Shown here: positions 35,287-48,200 of the stretch, in pieces
How the letters are laid out: every line of letters starts with the position of its first letter
Numbering within the stretch: the first letter of the stretch is position 1
Source: Oculina patagonica
Lineage: Eukaryota
Assembly: GCF_052425735.1 (NCBI RefSeq)
Contig: NC_135758.1
Coordinates: forward strand, 11,594,001-11,658,000
Direction: 5' to 3'
DNA: 64,000 nucleotides
The notes under the pieces: generated by a model
Seen by the model: the letters and a program-made list of their open reading frames with translations, nothing else
Database searches by the model: none
Told to the model about the DNA's origin: nothing
Made by a program: the position numbers and the translations under genes

Positions 35287-36270
35287 ACAGATTCCTCAAC
35301 GCAACGAGCTACTGAAGATTTAAACAGTTTCAATTTACTTTACACTGCTAGTTTGAAAAGGCGTAAAGGTGAATAAGCAGCTTCGCCGCTCGTATATCGC
35401 GCTCTCCTTTCTATTTTCGCGTTCAACCCTACGGATTTTAAAGCAAAAGGGAGACTGCTCGCCGTATATCATTGTGTAAAATGAACCGAATATTTTAACG
35501 GTGCAGAGCTGCAAACCCTAGTCAGCCACGCCTTACAATTCGTGAAATCCGCCTTTTCAATGCCATCGAAATTACGAAAATTGTGTGGTGAAGCAAAATG
35601 TTATCGGATAGCCACAAGATGTGTTACTGGTAGTCTTTTAAATTACCATTAGCAATTTCACCGCCATCCTTTTTTTTTTTATTTAGACACCCTCCGCGTG
35701 AACTATGATACCAAAAATCCATTATGTCAATAAAAACAAATGCTGGCTGACTAGGGGCCTTTAATTATGTTATGCTTAAAATGTCCAGTGAATGTTTCAT
35801 TAGGGACGGCTAGTAAGCACTACACCAACCTACCCCTAAATTGGCGATTCGAAGCGTCTATTTGGCCTTATAGAGTTTTTGCAAGGCAGATTTTCTGTAT
35901 GATAATTATGTGAAACTGATCGTTGAGTCAAAACTTACAAAGGACACTACTTTTTTGAATGCTTTATTTACTTTATATCACTGACAAAACTGGCAAGTCA
36001 CCTATCCCTCCACACCCCCCTTGTTTACATTATAGCACTAACGGTCTTCCCAGACGGCGGTTAATTACTTGTCTGGGGTGACTATCCCATAACTTAAAGT
36101 CTAATGATTACTATTATGGCTATTAAGCTATTTATTTAGATAGCAGAATTTAAAACGAAAATTAATGTCACAGTTAATGGAGAGAACGTTTCATCCATTA
36201 TTTTGGAATTAAAGAACATTCATCTGCGCGAATGCAGCAAAAGTAAGAAAAGCAGGAACCCTTTGTTTGT

Positions 36271-39200
36271 TCAACATGTTTCACATAAAGCCACTTGTTC
36301 TTTGCGATACGAGCGACAAGGACAGACGCGTACTACACCAGGCTTGGCTGCTCGGCAGCTAAACAGCAATGGCTGACTCTGTAGTAGACAAGTATTGTCT
36401 GATGTGTCAAAGGAAGGCGCCATGATGCTTTCACGGAACAAAGTAAATGTACACCGGAAAGCGGCCCTGAAATGATGAAGATATTTATTACATTCAGTAA
36501 TAATACATTAGGAAAAAAATGGAGGAGGCTACACCCGAAAGTGGTACCTTTATCAGGCTGGAGTAATTTTAAAGGGTAGGGATTTCACGAGTTGTAGTAT
36601 GGAAAAGAGCTCGGAAAACTGTTAATAGGGTAAGAAAGAGCTTTATTTCAAACTTTATCGAACAAATGACGAATTCAACTAACACGTATTTTAAAAAGTT
36701 ACTCAAGTGAAAACTTTGAAAAAAGATGCAGTATTTTCTACTTTAGGTATGTGAAAGGGGTAGCATTCATTCTCTATGGAAGGTATTCGAAAGGGTTACC
36801 TTCTGTCAAAACTAGTATATAAAGGTTAAAAGTATTTAATTTTGTTGAGTAAACCCCTCGGGGATATCGGTGCCTATGAATGAGTGTCTGTCGTGCGGAT
36901 ACAGGATCTTCCTTATTGAAATAAACGTTTGCTTCTAATTTCTCGGCCAAAATCATCCTGAGGAACCCGTGGCAGATAATTCTATTTGGAATGAATGGTG
37001 GAACTAACAGGCTTAGGGGATAATCATTTCCATATTTGAATCCATATTGTGTCTCTGGCCTTCGCTATTTCGGCTCGAGTTTGCACTGTAAATCGCCTGC
37101 TGCACGGCTATTCATTCTGTTTATATCATATACTTAAGACTGCAACCTGTTGACATGGCTTAACTGCCGGTCCGGTATGTTAGACCAGGAAAAAAAAAGA
37201 AAAAAAAAACATCAAATTGTGGTTTAATTTTTTCAATCTTAGGACATTTACAAGAAAGTATTAAACTCCGGATTAAACGCAGCTGCACATTTACAAAGTT
37301 AATTTATAATTTTTTGTTTCACACATCAGTTTCAAAAATTGTGTAGTGTAGAATTTTACATTTTTTAATCTTCTTTGCAACGTAAATTCCACCACTTCAT
37401 CATAGCCGGCTTGCAGATTAATCATAAAACTTGTGATTTTTCGGTAACTTTACGATTTTTTGGTACGTCTGTTTTGCACCTCTTAATAAGATGTAATAAT
37501 ATTGATTCAATCATTCGTGCCTGCGTTCAATCCTGAACTTAGGCCCCGTCCACACTGACCCGGGTAAATTTGAAAACGGAGAAATTTGAAAACGCCGTGT
37601 AAAATGATTTCCGTCCACATTGACCCGGTAAATTTGAAAACGATACGCTTCATCGCACGCAGAGTTACAACGCATGCACAGAGCTATTGTTAAGCTAATT
37701 AAACTTTTAGTTTTGACAGAAAACACATGACTATTTGACAAGCGACTATTTGGAGAGCGTTTTTCAAAGTACCGTTTACGGTGACCGAAAACGCTGGCTC
37801 AGTGTGGACGGTTGCCTAACCGGAGAAAAAAAGATGCGTTTTCAAATTTACCCGGGTAAGTGTGGACGGGCCTTACTCGAGTCATAAGCATGAGTTCCTC
37901 ATTGAATTTATTTTACGGCATTTTAAATCCCAACTTGACCCAACATTGCACCGGACTGACTTTACGGAGAATATCTTTTCTCATTGCACTCGATCTGTTC
38001 CACAGATTGTTTTACAGCTAAATAAATTCTTGATAAGAAGTAAGAGAGTTATTTGGGCCAATCCATTAACAGTATAACTGTAAAGTATACTTTATTTACC
38101 TTGTAAGTGTTTCTTTGGTGTTTAAAGACTCGAAGAACTTTGGCTCGCATGTCAGCTGTCTCTTTAGGCATGCCTCTACACAAGCCTCGCCCTCCCCTCC
38201 CAGGGCAATCTTTAGCTCACTCAAAGGCGGCCAGTTTGTTGGCTTGCAAAAATCCTGTCGAAAATGAAAATAGAAATTAAAGAATAACGGATTTCTTTTC
38301 TTTCTATCACCCCTTGAGAGAATGAGAAAACTAAAGAAGGCTAAGGCCCCGAGAAAAACAATTGCGTTACCTGATTTTCTATGTAGGCATTGACCCGTTC
38401 GAGCATGCCAACATGAGTAAATTCATATGGGAGATGAGCTTCTCCCTGGAAGAGAAGCAAAAGGAACGTATATATTATATTATGACACAGTCTTTATAGA
38501 CTTAGCAAAAGTCGATTATTGACTTTTTTTGATAAGCTTAATTACTATCCTCCGTTAATTAGTACGGGTATCACAGGAACCACTGAACTGTCAATATAAG
38601 TTACAGTAATTGAGCATAGCATGAGGCAAGACGAGGCACTTGCCTCGTCTAGATTTCAATCCAAAATTAAAATCAAAATATGTTTTGTTGGAAAAATAAT
38701 CCAAAGTTGAACAAGATTTACTATTTTTTTTAGAAATACAGAGTTTCAGAGCTTCAAGATTTCAAAATTGTCTGAAGGGCATGAAGCAAGATCTTGCCTC
38801 GTCTATGGCAAAAGTCTGCATGGTTACAGCTCTTTCGATTGATAAAAAACGCATAAATACTGACATTGGTCACATGCCGATCTCAGTCTACAATCCTAGA
38901 CAAAAGTCCTGGGTCACTCAACTGTTTCGACGAAAAAGTGGTCCCAAAACCCCCAATGCAATGTTAATTTCTATCTAACCAACCGTGGGACAATATTTCA
39001 ACATTGTTTGGGGGTGGAAGGGCAATTTTAGAAAATTGAACAATGACTTTTGAACCCGAAAGGGTTTGTCACTGGGCACTATTTCCTGAAGTGTCCCAAG
39101 CACTTTTGCCAAGGATTGTAGGTTAATAAGAGCGCAATTGCAATGTCCTACTTCCGTGTTAATGATTTCCTGTAGAGCCTCCTCCACCTCAGTCAAGTTA

Positions 39201-42200
39201 TGTATGTCAACTGTCTGAACAAAAGGTTTTCCAACAAAGACCTCTGCGTATGGATTTTGTGAGGTTACCTAAATAATGAGAAAATACGGGATATGGTGAG
39301 CGTAGATAGCGCACTACAAAGATTTCGTCTAGAAATTTTCTCAAGAGTTATTTTACTCCGATGGCAAGGGCTAACGCTAGGAACGTCAGCTTTTCAAAGT
39401 TTACTATGGCGGTTCATTTACCTTTGACAACTTCCAGTTGATACTGCCCTTCGATGCAGCACAACTAAGAACTTTGTCCTTTTGAGAAAGACTGTACACG
39501 AGCAATTTTCGCCATTTTATAACCTCGCCTAGTCGAATATCGTGTTCAAAACTGACATACCAGCTCTCAGAGCGCTTCTGCAAAAAGAGAGTTGTCATCT
39601 TCTATTTAACAAAGCACTCTGTGCATTCTTAGGTTATTATTTTCCTTTCGCTTGTTTGGGCAATAAATTCTAAACTCTAATAGGCACATGTTTAAACAAC
39701 GAGGCACAATGGGGCGTGCCGCTACAACATATCGTTCGAACCGCATGTATAGACGTTCATTACCTTTCTATTTACGGGTTTACCAGCAAAAAAGTCTGCG
39801 TTAGTGCGATCCAGCGGTGGCACATACTATAAAAAAAGAAAAATATATATATCATAAGCTTCCCATAAGCTGAGTTGAAAGCGATACACAAGTAAAACGT
39901 TTAATATAGCCTGAAATTCCGAATTATAATTTATAAAAGGGTAAAATAAAATTATAGAGCGTGAAAGAGAGTCGAGAGTCCGGCTATCATCACAGAATTG
40001 AAACGATTTTGTGCGTTCATTTGAGCAAACTATGCCTTAAAATGTCGCATGATAAGTGCATTCGTCTAATTCTGCCTTAGAATTGTTAATTTTCCCTTCG
40101 CTTCTTATAATCCTATGTTTAAATTTTGGTACCAACTGGTGCAATAACTGGTCCTTTTTCTTCTTTTTATTATCTTAAATTACTGTTATATACTCCACTA
40201 CTCCACTACTTGTTTGCATTTTTTTAAAAGTTAATTTTATTTTATCATTTGCTGTTTTTCATCTACTTCATATTTCTGGCAAAATAAAATGGCTGTCATT
40301 GATGTTGTTGTTGTGTTGTCGTTGTCGTCGTTGTCGTTGTCTTCGTTGTCGTTGTTGTTGTTGTAGAAGCAGTGTAGAAAATATGTTGTATAAACTACCG
40401 TGAACAGAATGCCAAAACAATGTACAATATTTTCCTGACCTTACCTCATACAGTCCACATTACCTTAGGATTAAGGAAGAAGCAGCCATTAGCCAGGGCC
40501 TCAAGGGCTCCTGGACCCTCGAACGGTTCACCGAGTCCAACAAACACCTGAACAACAAAAAAATCATGAAATCACCTATTTTTAAAGAATTTTCTTCCAA
40601 AAGTTTTAGTGTTATATTATTATTTTTACGTTTGCTGTGACGTGCTTTCGAAATGCAATAAATTAAAAAAGTGAAGAGGAAGGTATATTCGAGGCTCTTA
40701 CTTTATCTAGAGAACTTTCCCGGGGGAAGCCCCTAACCTAAAAGTGGCCCTTACGGGTCGGTTGACCAAGTATACAACTCTTCAAAAGGTTGGCGGTTGT
40801 GTTATATGCTTCTGATAGCATTCTGGGTGCCACTGGTAACACGAATGACAAGTCAAAATTAATAAGGGAATGCCCGAACTACATCTTTTGGTTTAGACTT
40901 TGAACGCTTATAACTTTTTCAAGATTCAACCAAACACTGCCAAACTTTGCGAATTTATCTTAAATTTATCTGGCAATAACTTGATAAGATAGGTTGTTGT
41001 TTCAGGAACTTGACATCGCCATGGCAACGGCATATTGACAGGCATGTTTTCCCAAATTTGTAATTTTCGTGTTTCTGTTAATGGAAATTAACTTTAATGC
41101 AATTATTTTTACCTTTTTACGGTTTTTAAGCACATTTTTCATGTTTTTGATTACTTTGCAGTTAATTCTGGGTGTTTTTCTGTCGTTTTGAAAAAAAAAA
41201 TTGAAGTCCAAGATGGCGGATCCAAGATGGCGGCTGTTTTGTCATCATGATGTGACGTCATCGTCCCACGTGACGTATATCAAAAGATAGATGTCGGGAC
41301 ATACTATACATCCTATAAGTTTCACTGTGACTGTTTAAATATTCAGGATGTTACAAAGGGGGGCTTCTGAAGGCCCCCCCCGGTCCCAGAAGGTCCAAAA
41401 AACCCGGTCTGAATAGGGTTAAGGAAAAAAAAGCAACCGACCCAAGAAAAAGACCAACCTACGAGCCTGTGACTGTCATTCTCACTTACGTGTGGCATTA
41501 TAAATCAAGCGCGTTTTCTGTTTCCAAACATCGTAAAAGACACACGTTTGATTCTGATGATAGCGTTTTAATACAAATTTGATAGTACATTAAAGATACC
41601 CGAAAGATTTAAAATATCACCGGTGTGATTTTGGTCACTCCCTCTTGCCCTTCCCCGTCCTCCAACAGCTCCCCTCTCCCCAATAAAAGAAAAAAAGATT
41701 GCGCAAAAAATTCTGTACCTTACTAGATTCTAGTAGACTGATAAGCATTGATGTATTTACGATTCCATGATCTATCACATATTCAGGCACAGAATACACT
41801 CGTCGATCGTCCTGTAAAAAAAATTGAAGTATGTCAGAATCAGAGACAGAATGGGCGTTTCACAAATTTGAAGTGTGACAAAATCAGAAACAGAATGGAA
41901 CCTTCGGAATCCGAGTTGAACCTTATGAACTACAGCTACCATACAAATGGAGAAATAGCATGTGGTCTGCCAGGAAATAAAAATAATGAAACAACGCCCT
42001 TCCAAGTATACAAAACGTGCGCCAGGCTGCTAAGTTTCTTGAAGATGGCGGCGACCGGTTTTCAATTCTTGGACTACTTCAGACAAGGATTTCATAGGGA
42101 TTGAATACTCCTTGGAAACTGAAATTTTGTGACTTACATATCATTCTTAGAATAACTTTTTCGTTGGCGTGAAGAAAAGAAAAGTGCCATTTAATTGATA

Positions 42201-45200
42201 TATCTAAAATATTTCTCTTACTGATCGCTGTGTCCAGTGTTGCTTTCTTGCTCAGTGGATTCGAAGTGTAATTTATTTCTGTCGTTTTTCGCTTGGAAAA
42301 AATTAATTAAAACTTTGTTTTATATTTCTTACATCAGTTCCACCCAAAGTGGCGTGAACCTCACTGAAGTGTCTTTTCACCGTGTTTATGTAGTCAGCAT
42401 TTCCCTTAAAAATAAAGTGTCGTTAAACAGGAATTCGAATTTCGTATTAAGTAGTGGTCCCAACCCAAGAAATCAGTAAGCTTTTCACAGCAGCCGATCA
42501 CCAAAGGGTTAGGCCCTTATCGATTGTGCTAGTAAAAGTAGTATATTATGCTACTAGCGGTGCCCGATTTGTTTTTTCAAAATATGCTAGTTTTTGAAAA
42601 TTATGCTACTTTTTCTTTAAGTATGCTTTCTGATGCGATCAAGAACGGGACTTTTTCACGTCAAATAGAAGCCCCCTGGTCTTGTATTTTCCTTTTGTTT
42701 GCTCCATGCTCCGATCTCTAGCAATTTAAGCGGGTCCTGGCCTATCGGGCGGCTGCTCTTCTCGTATCTGCAAGTTACCTGACGCCATTTTGTTGCCTGT
42801 GAAAAAGGGAACTGGGACTTATGCAAGCTTTACTTCTGGTGCGCCCAGTTCTCTAGACGACGAACAACGCAATATTGCTGTAACCTTCCTTGCCCTCCCC
42901 CAGACGAATGAAAATAAGCTGAACCGTGGACAGAACTTGAAAATTATCAATTTTAGAGACCAAACAAGTAATGACTCTGGTAATTTTCTATTCAAAAATA
43001 CAAACAGATATGCCGATTTTGCTAGCATTGCTACTTTCATCAAAAGTGCAAAAATTATCCTCGTTTTTCTAAATTATGCCAAGCATTATGCTAGCACAAT
43101 CCACAAGGGCCTACAAAGGGTTATACCCCTAACTCAAATGCAGTTTTCTATTGAACGAGAACGCATCTCATGACGTGCATCAAAACTGTATATTAAACTC
43201 ACTAACTACCTAGGGCGACAATAGGTTGAACCTTGGACTGTCACGTGATCAGCCAGGACGTGGCACGTGATTGAGCTCACCTTCCAAAACAACGCTTTCT
43301 TTCCATAAACAAATGCCGCCTTTCGAGCCTTGGGTCCTTTCAAAATAGCGTTATGTTGTCGTGATCTTTGAGGAACAGCAAAACCGAGAAACGAGTTGTC
43401 TGGACTGTGTGCTGCAAGAAATGGTCATTTTAGTGTGTGGGTATCATCATATTATTATATTTAATTATACATATTATAACATTTATTTTTTTTAATATTA
43501 TATTATTACATTTATAGTACATGGAGTGCTTCTGTACAACCCTGGGGACCCTGGGGGCGGGGAGGTACACCAATACAAGGGCTATATAGGTATATGGCAA
43601 AGGACATGATGTGTTTTTTTAAGATTCTTCCTCTTTGGATAGGATACCTTTCTTTCTTTCTTTACAATTTTTGTGCTATTACAAGTGAAGTCATTACGAC
43701 ACTTCATTCTAATAATTTTGATTAACTCCCCCACCCCTTTTACGGACAATGTTTTTCGGCAAGCACCCACTTTGAAGCTATATTTTTTGGCATGTCACTC
43801 CGCCTCCTAAATCATAGCCCCCACCCCCCACTACCACCTTATAAAAAAATGATAAGTAGTTCCTAAATTGTGCAAGAAGTAAAGTAGGTTCTTCGATCAA
43901 TAAGAGCACTGAATCGATACCCAAATCTATAACGATATAATTTTCGTGTTTAGGATGTATATAAAAAGAAAGCGTTTGAATGATAACCAGTGTAGAACTG
44001 CAGAATGTTATCAGATTAACACCACAGCATACAGGAATTTCAATTAAGTTAAACTTTGCTGGATTAAAGCTTTGGTCCTACGCGACAAGGCCGAATGGTA
44101 GTTTGGGACAAAATAAGATTTGCTGCATGTGGTCAATACTAATGAGATATAAAGGCATGGCAAACGTGATTACCTAAGTTTTCTTTCTCTTTAGAAATGT
44201 ACGTAGAAACAAGGCACCCTTGGCGATGCACGCTAAAGTTTAGAAAAAACCCTCTGAACTTAAAACCATGAAATAGTAAAAGAAAATCTTAAGACACAGG
44301 TCTTACATGAGGGAGAACAAATGCTTCATGAGCAAAAATACAAACGTGTAGATTTCCTCTACACCCGGTATATATGCAAAACTATACCCAGACCACCAAT
44401 TAGTCTTGTTGCGAAGGTTAAGGCCCGTTTACACAGGCGATTTTTATCGCGCAACTCAATGCAATTTTTGTCGCGCCGAAGTTGCAGCAAGTCGCCGCGA
44501 TATCGCGGCGACTTATGCAACTTCGCTGCGATATCTCGGCGATAAAATCGCCATGAAATCGCCGCGAGTTTGCACGCGTGAAAACTAGTGGCTATAAAAT
44601 CGCCGCGAGTCGCAGGAGTTTCGAACCTGTTCGAAACTTGATGCAACTTCGGTGCGACAAAAGTTGCATTGAGTTGCGCAACAAAAATCGCCCGTGTAAA
44701 CGGGCCTTAAAGCTTTTATCCGACAACGTTAATTGAAATAGCTGTATTTAGGTTATCTACTCACGATACATTGTCAAAAACTGCGAAAGATGAAGATTAA
44801 GATCTCCCCAGCCCGATCTGCCTCCAGGAATCTTCTCGTTGTAAAATTTGTAGTTGAATTCCGCGTCTGTTCCAAATGAGTCTACAATACGCAACTTGCA
44901 TCTGTATACATGAAAGACATATCAGTAAACGTCTGGAAACATGGCAAATGCTCCTAAGTTCTAATCCCTTTTACGCTTTCAATTATATTTATTAATTATA
45001 TTATATTTACTCAGGTATGCGCACTTTGCTCATCTCCAGACTGAGGTAATACACCAGCCTAGCAGCATGTGTAGCAGTGGACTCTTCAGCTTTACGTAAG
45101 GCATGGTGGTAATGGGAGAAAAGTTCTTACATCCCCCCCCCCCCCCCGAGTGATCCAACACTTGTGGTACACAAGGTGGATCTCTGGATCTCTGAAACGA

Positions 45201-48200
45201 GCGCTCCAGTGGTCTTTTGTGCCTCAGGCCTAGGGGTACAAGCGCTTACTCTTCTACGCTTCAAAGTTAAACTTTATTTTTTGATGATCGCGCGCCTCCC
45301 GATTCATTACGCCTTGCCAAAATAGTTATGGGTAAACATGTCTTTTGAAATGCTTCTGGGGTTTTCCTTTTTCAAATTAGTTAAACATTATGTAACAAAT
45401 TGATACAACCTGTGTCGTGAATAATCCGGTGTGTTATGTTCTCTTATCACGATAGCTCCCTGGATATCAGTAAAAATTAGATCCAGTCCATCTGTCATGT
45501 TTAGACGTGCGCATCCATCTGAGGACGGGTGCAACAGGGATCTGGTGACAAAACCAGTTATTCGCATTTGTTCTTCGACTATGAAGCCATTTGACAATAT
45601 AAGGTCAAATAACATAATCATTATTAGATTTCGAAGTTAAGAGGTTTTTGAAAAGTACATTAGTGTGCCTCACCGAGAGACAAAATTTCGCAAGGGAATT
45701 GTTCAGGGCGTCTATGCACGTTTTATCTTTTCTTTTTTATTCGCGTTTCACTGCTTTTACTCAAGCGTTTCTGGGAAAAGTTTTGATTTCTTTGTCAAGC
45801 TTGAGACTTATGAAAAAATGTTTTACTTCAATTCTTACCTACCGACCGACCGACGGACCCAAATACCCACCCATAGTATAGTCTTTACAGCACATACACT
45901 GTATGAAGGCGGTCATTTGTTCAGTACGTTGGCGCGAGTTTTCTTTTCCGGTTTGACGTAAACCATATGTTTTTTTAAAAATCCCAAATTACTTGACAAT
46001 GAAGCGATTGTCGAGTCGAAACGCTTTTTCGTAGCTTATTTGAGACCCTATCCAACAAGCGCAAGTGGAATAATTATCCTATTAAAAGCACCCAAAGAAT
46101 TGCAATATTTAAGCTCCTCGGCCGTTCTCGTTGACGCGTACTTCTTCCATATTTGTGATTCATGGTATTTGAGTTCATAAACCATTACCTGTTAACCAAT
46201 CAAAATTCATGAATTGCAATATACCATGGCTAGTTTGTAAGAAGGTATATACGTACCTTGTAAAATTTTTTTAGGTACGTCTTTGTAAATCAAGGTGTAT
46301 AGAGCGGTTTTCACTTGAGTGTCGAAAGTAAATTGCGTTTGCTTTGGTTTTGCATTACTACGCTTAGTGATTGGCTTAAAAATCTCGCGCCATTTTCTCA
46401 GCCAATCAGGAGCAAAACCAAAACCAATCGTGACTAGCTCGCGCACGTCTTCCCGCGCTTCGTGCCAGCTACATGTATTTGCTTCGAGTTTTGATTGGTT
46501 CACTGGATTGTCTGTGTCCTTTGTGATTGGCCAGAGTAATTACTTTGGTTTTGGTTTTACGACACTCAATTGAAAACTGCTCTAGTATATACATGAACTT
46601 TATTGGACAGTTAAACCCGTTTGGATAATGATGACGAAAGGTCTAATAACTTCGAGACTGCTACTGAAAGCATACAACCACGCTATTTACTGCACTTAAT
46701 ATCGACGCTTTGCAATTGGTAGAGACAACAAAGGAACTGAAACGTTTTCTCACCTTGGAATATGTTCAGTCAAAAAACCGATAATCACATCATGGCCCAA
46801 AATATGAAGAACACTTATTAGATCACACCACTGGGACAGCTCTCCTAAGGGTCCTCCCCGATAGGCATAATCCAGGAGATTGTTCACCCCCAAACCGGCC
46901 ATGTAGATCAAGATCTACAAAAACAAACGGGCAATTGAGAATGATGTTCATAAAATCAGTGACCTTAGGATCGATTAATCGGAAATAGGATGTTTGCTTG
47001 GTTTTCTGGATTTCTAATGGGTCTACATACATTAAGTTTTCTCTGAAAACATTGTCCGTTAAGTTAAAAAACCATAGCACTTAAATGAGGAATAAAGTTG
47101 CTGTGCCATTGACGGACAAAGACACCGAAGTGCTTCCCGGCCTACGTGGAATATTTTACTATCCCTGAAGATGCCGTGGATTGGTGCTGTGGATAAGGGC
47201 ACTCTCTACTGTTTTAGTACAGTTAAGTAACATAGATTCACAAAAAGGAACAATTAAAAAGTGAATGTGGTGGACGACCTTTAAATAGATTAAAATTACC
47301 CTGTTTTCTTGTTCATCAATTGTCAAGACTGATCTATCAACTAGGGAAGGGAGCCAGGGTTAGAAGAGGGGGAGGGTGCGGGTATTAAAAAATTGAGTTT
47401 CTAGGGGGGGGCTTAGTAAGGCTTCTATAGTTATTCTTTATTGTACCTTTTTTCTTTTTCGTTCGTGTAAATTCACCCTCAGTCCCAGTTCCTCGACAGC
47501 TTTTATCCAATGTGGCCAAGTATCTTGGATTCGGTTTCTCATCCAAGAATATCTTTCACCTTCAAATTTGTCCAGTAGTACGGATAGGTTTGTTTGAATA
47601 GTTGTCTTTAGAAAAAGAAATGTGAAAATCTGCATGTACATGTTGGTAGCACAATGTGTAGTTACCTATTCTATTCGTCTTATATAAAGATGAAAGGTAG
47701 AGAATTATTATGGTTGCCTTTATGATTAGTTGAGAGAAGACCACGTCACTACAAACAAGTGGCACAAATAGAATTCTCTTCGTGGGCATTGCCGTGTACC
47801 TCCAGCAACTTAGAAACAAAAAAGCAGCGCCCGTTTCATGTCGTGCTGCATGTCAAAAGTCTGATTAACGAGCTGTTAAAAGGTTTAGTTACAGCTTTTT
47901 TACAGCTGTCAAAAGCTGCTTGATAATGTTAATTGAAAGATAAAGCAGTTATTGAGCTCATTGATTTCAATAAATCCCTTATTTTATTACCTTTGGCGGC
48001 TTAGTAAGAGCATCAAAGGTATTTTTATGTGATCGCCATGGCAACACCGGGCACCAAGACTGTACCTGAAGCAACACAATCGAGTGACATTAACAAATTA
48101 TACCATAGATCTTTGATCTTATTAGTGAACGCAAAGTGAAGGTAAAAAAGATCTTCGCAGTTGTTAGTGCGAAGGTGGCGAACTGGTCTGCTTTCCCTCC

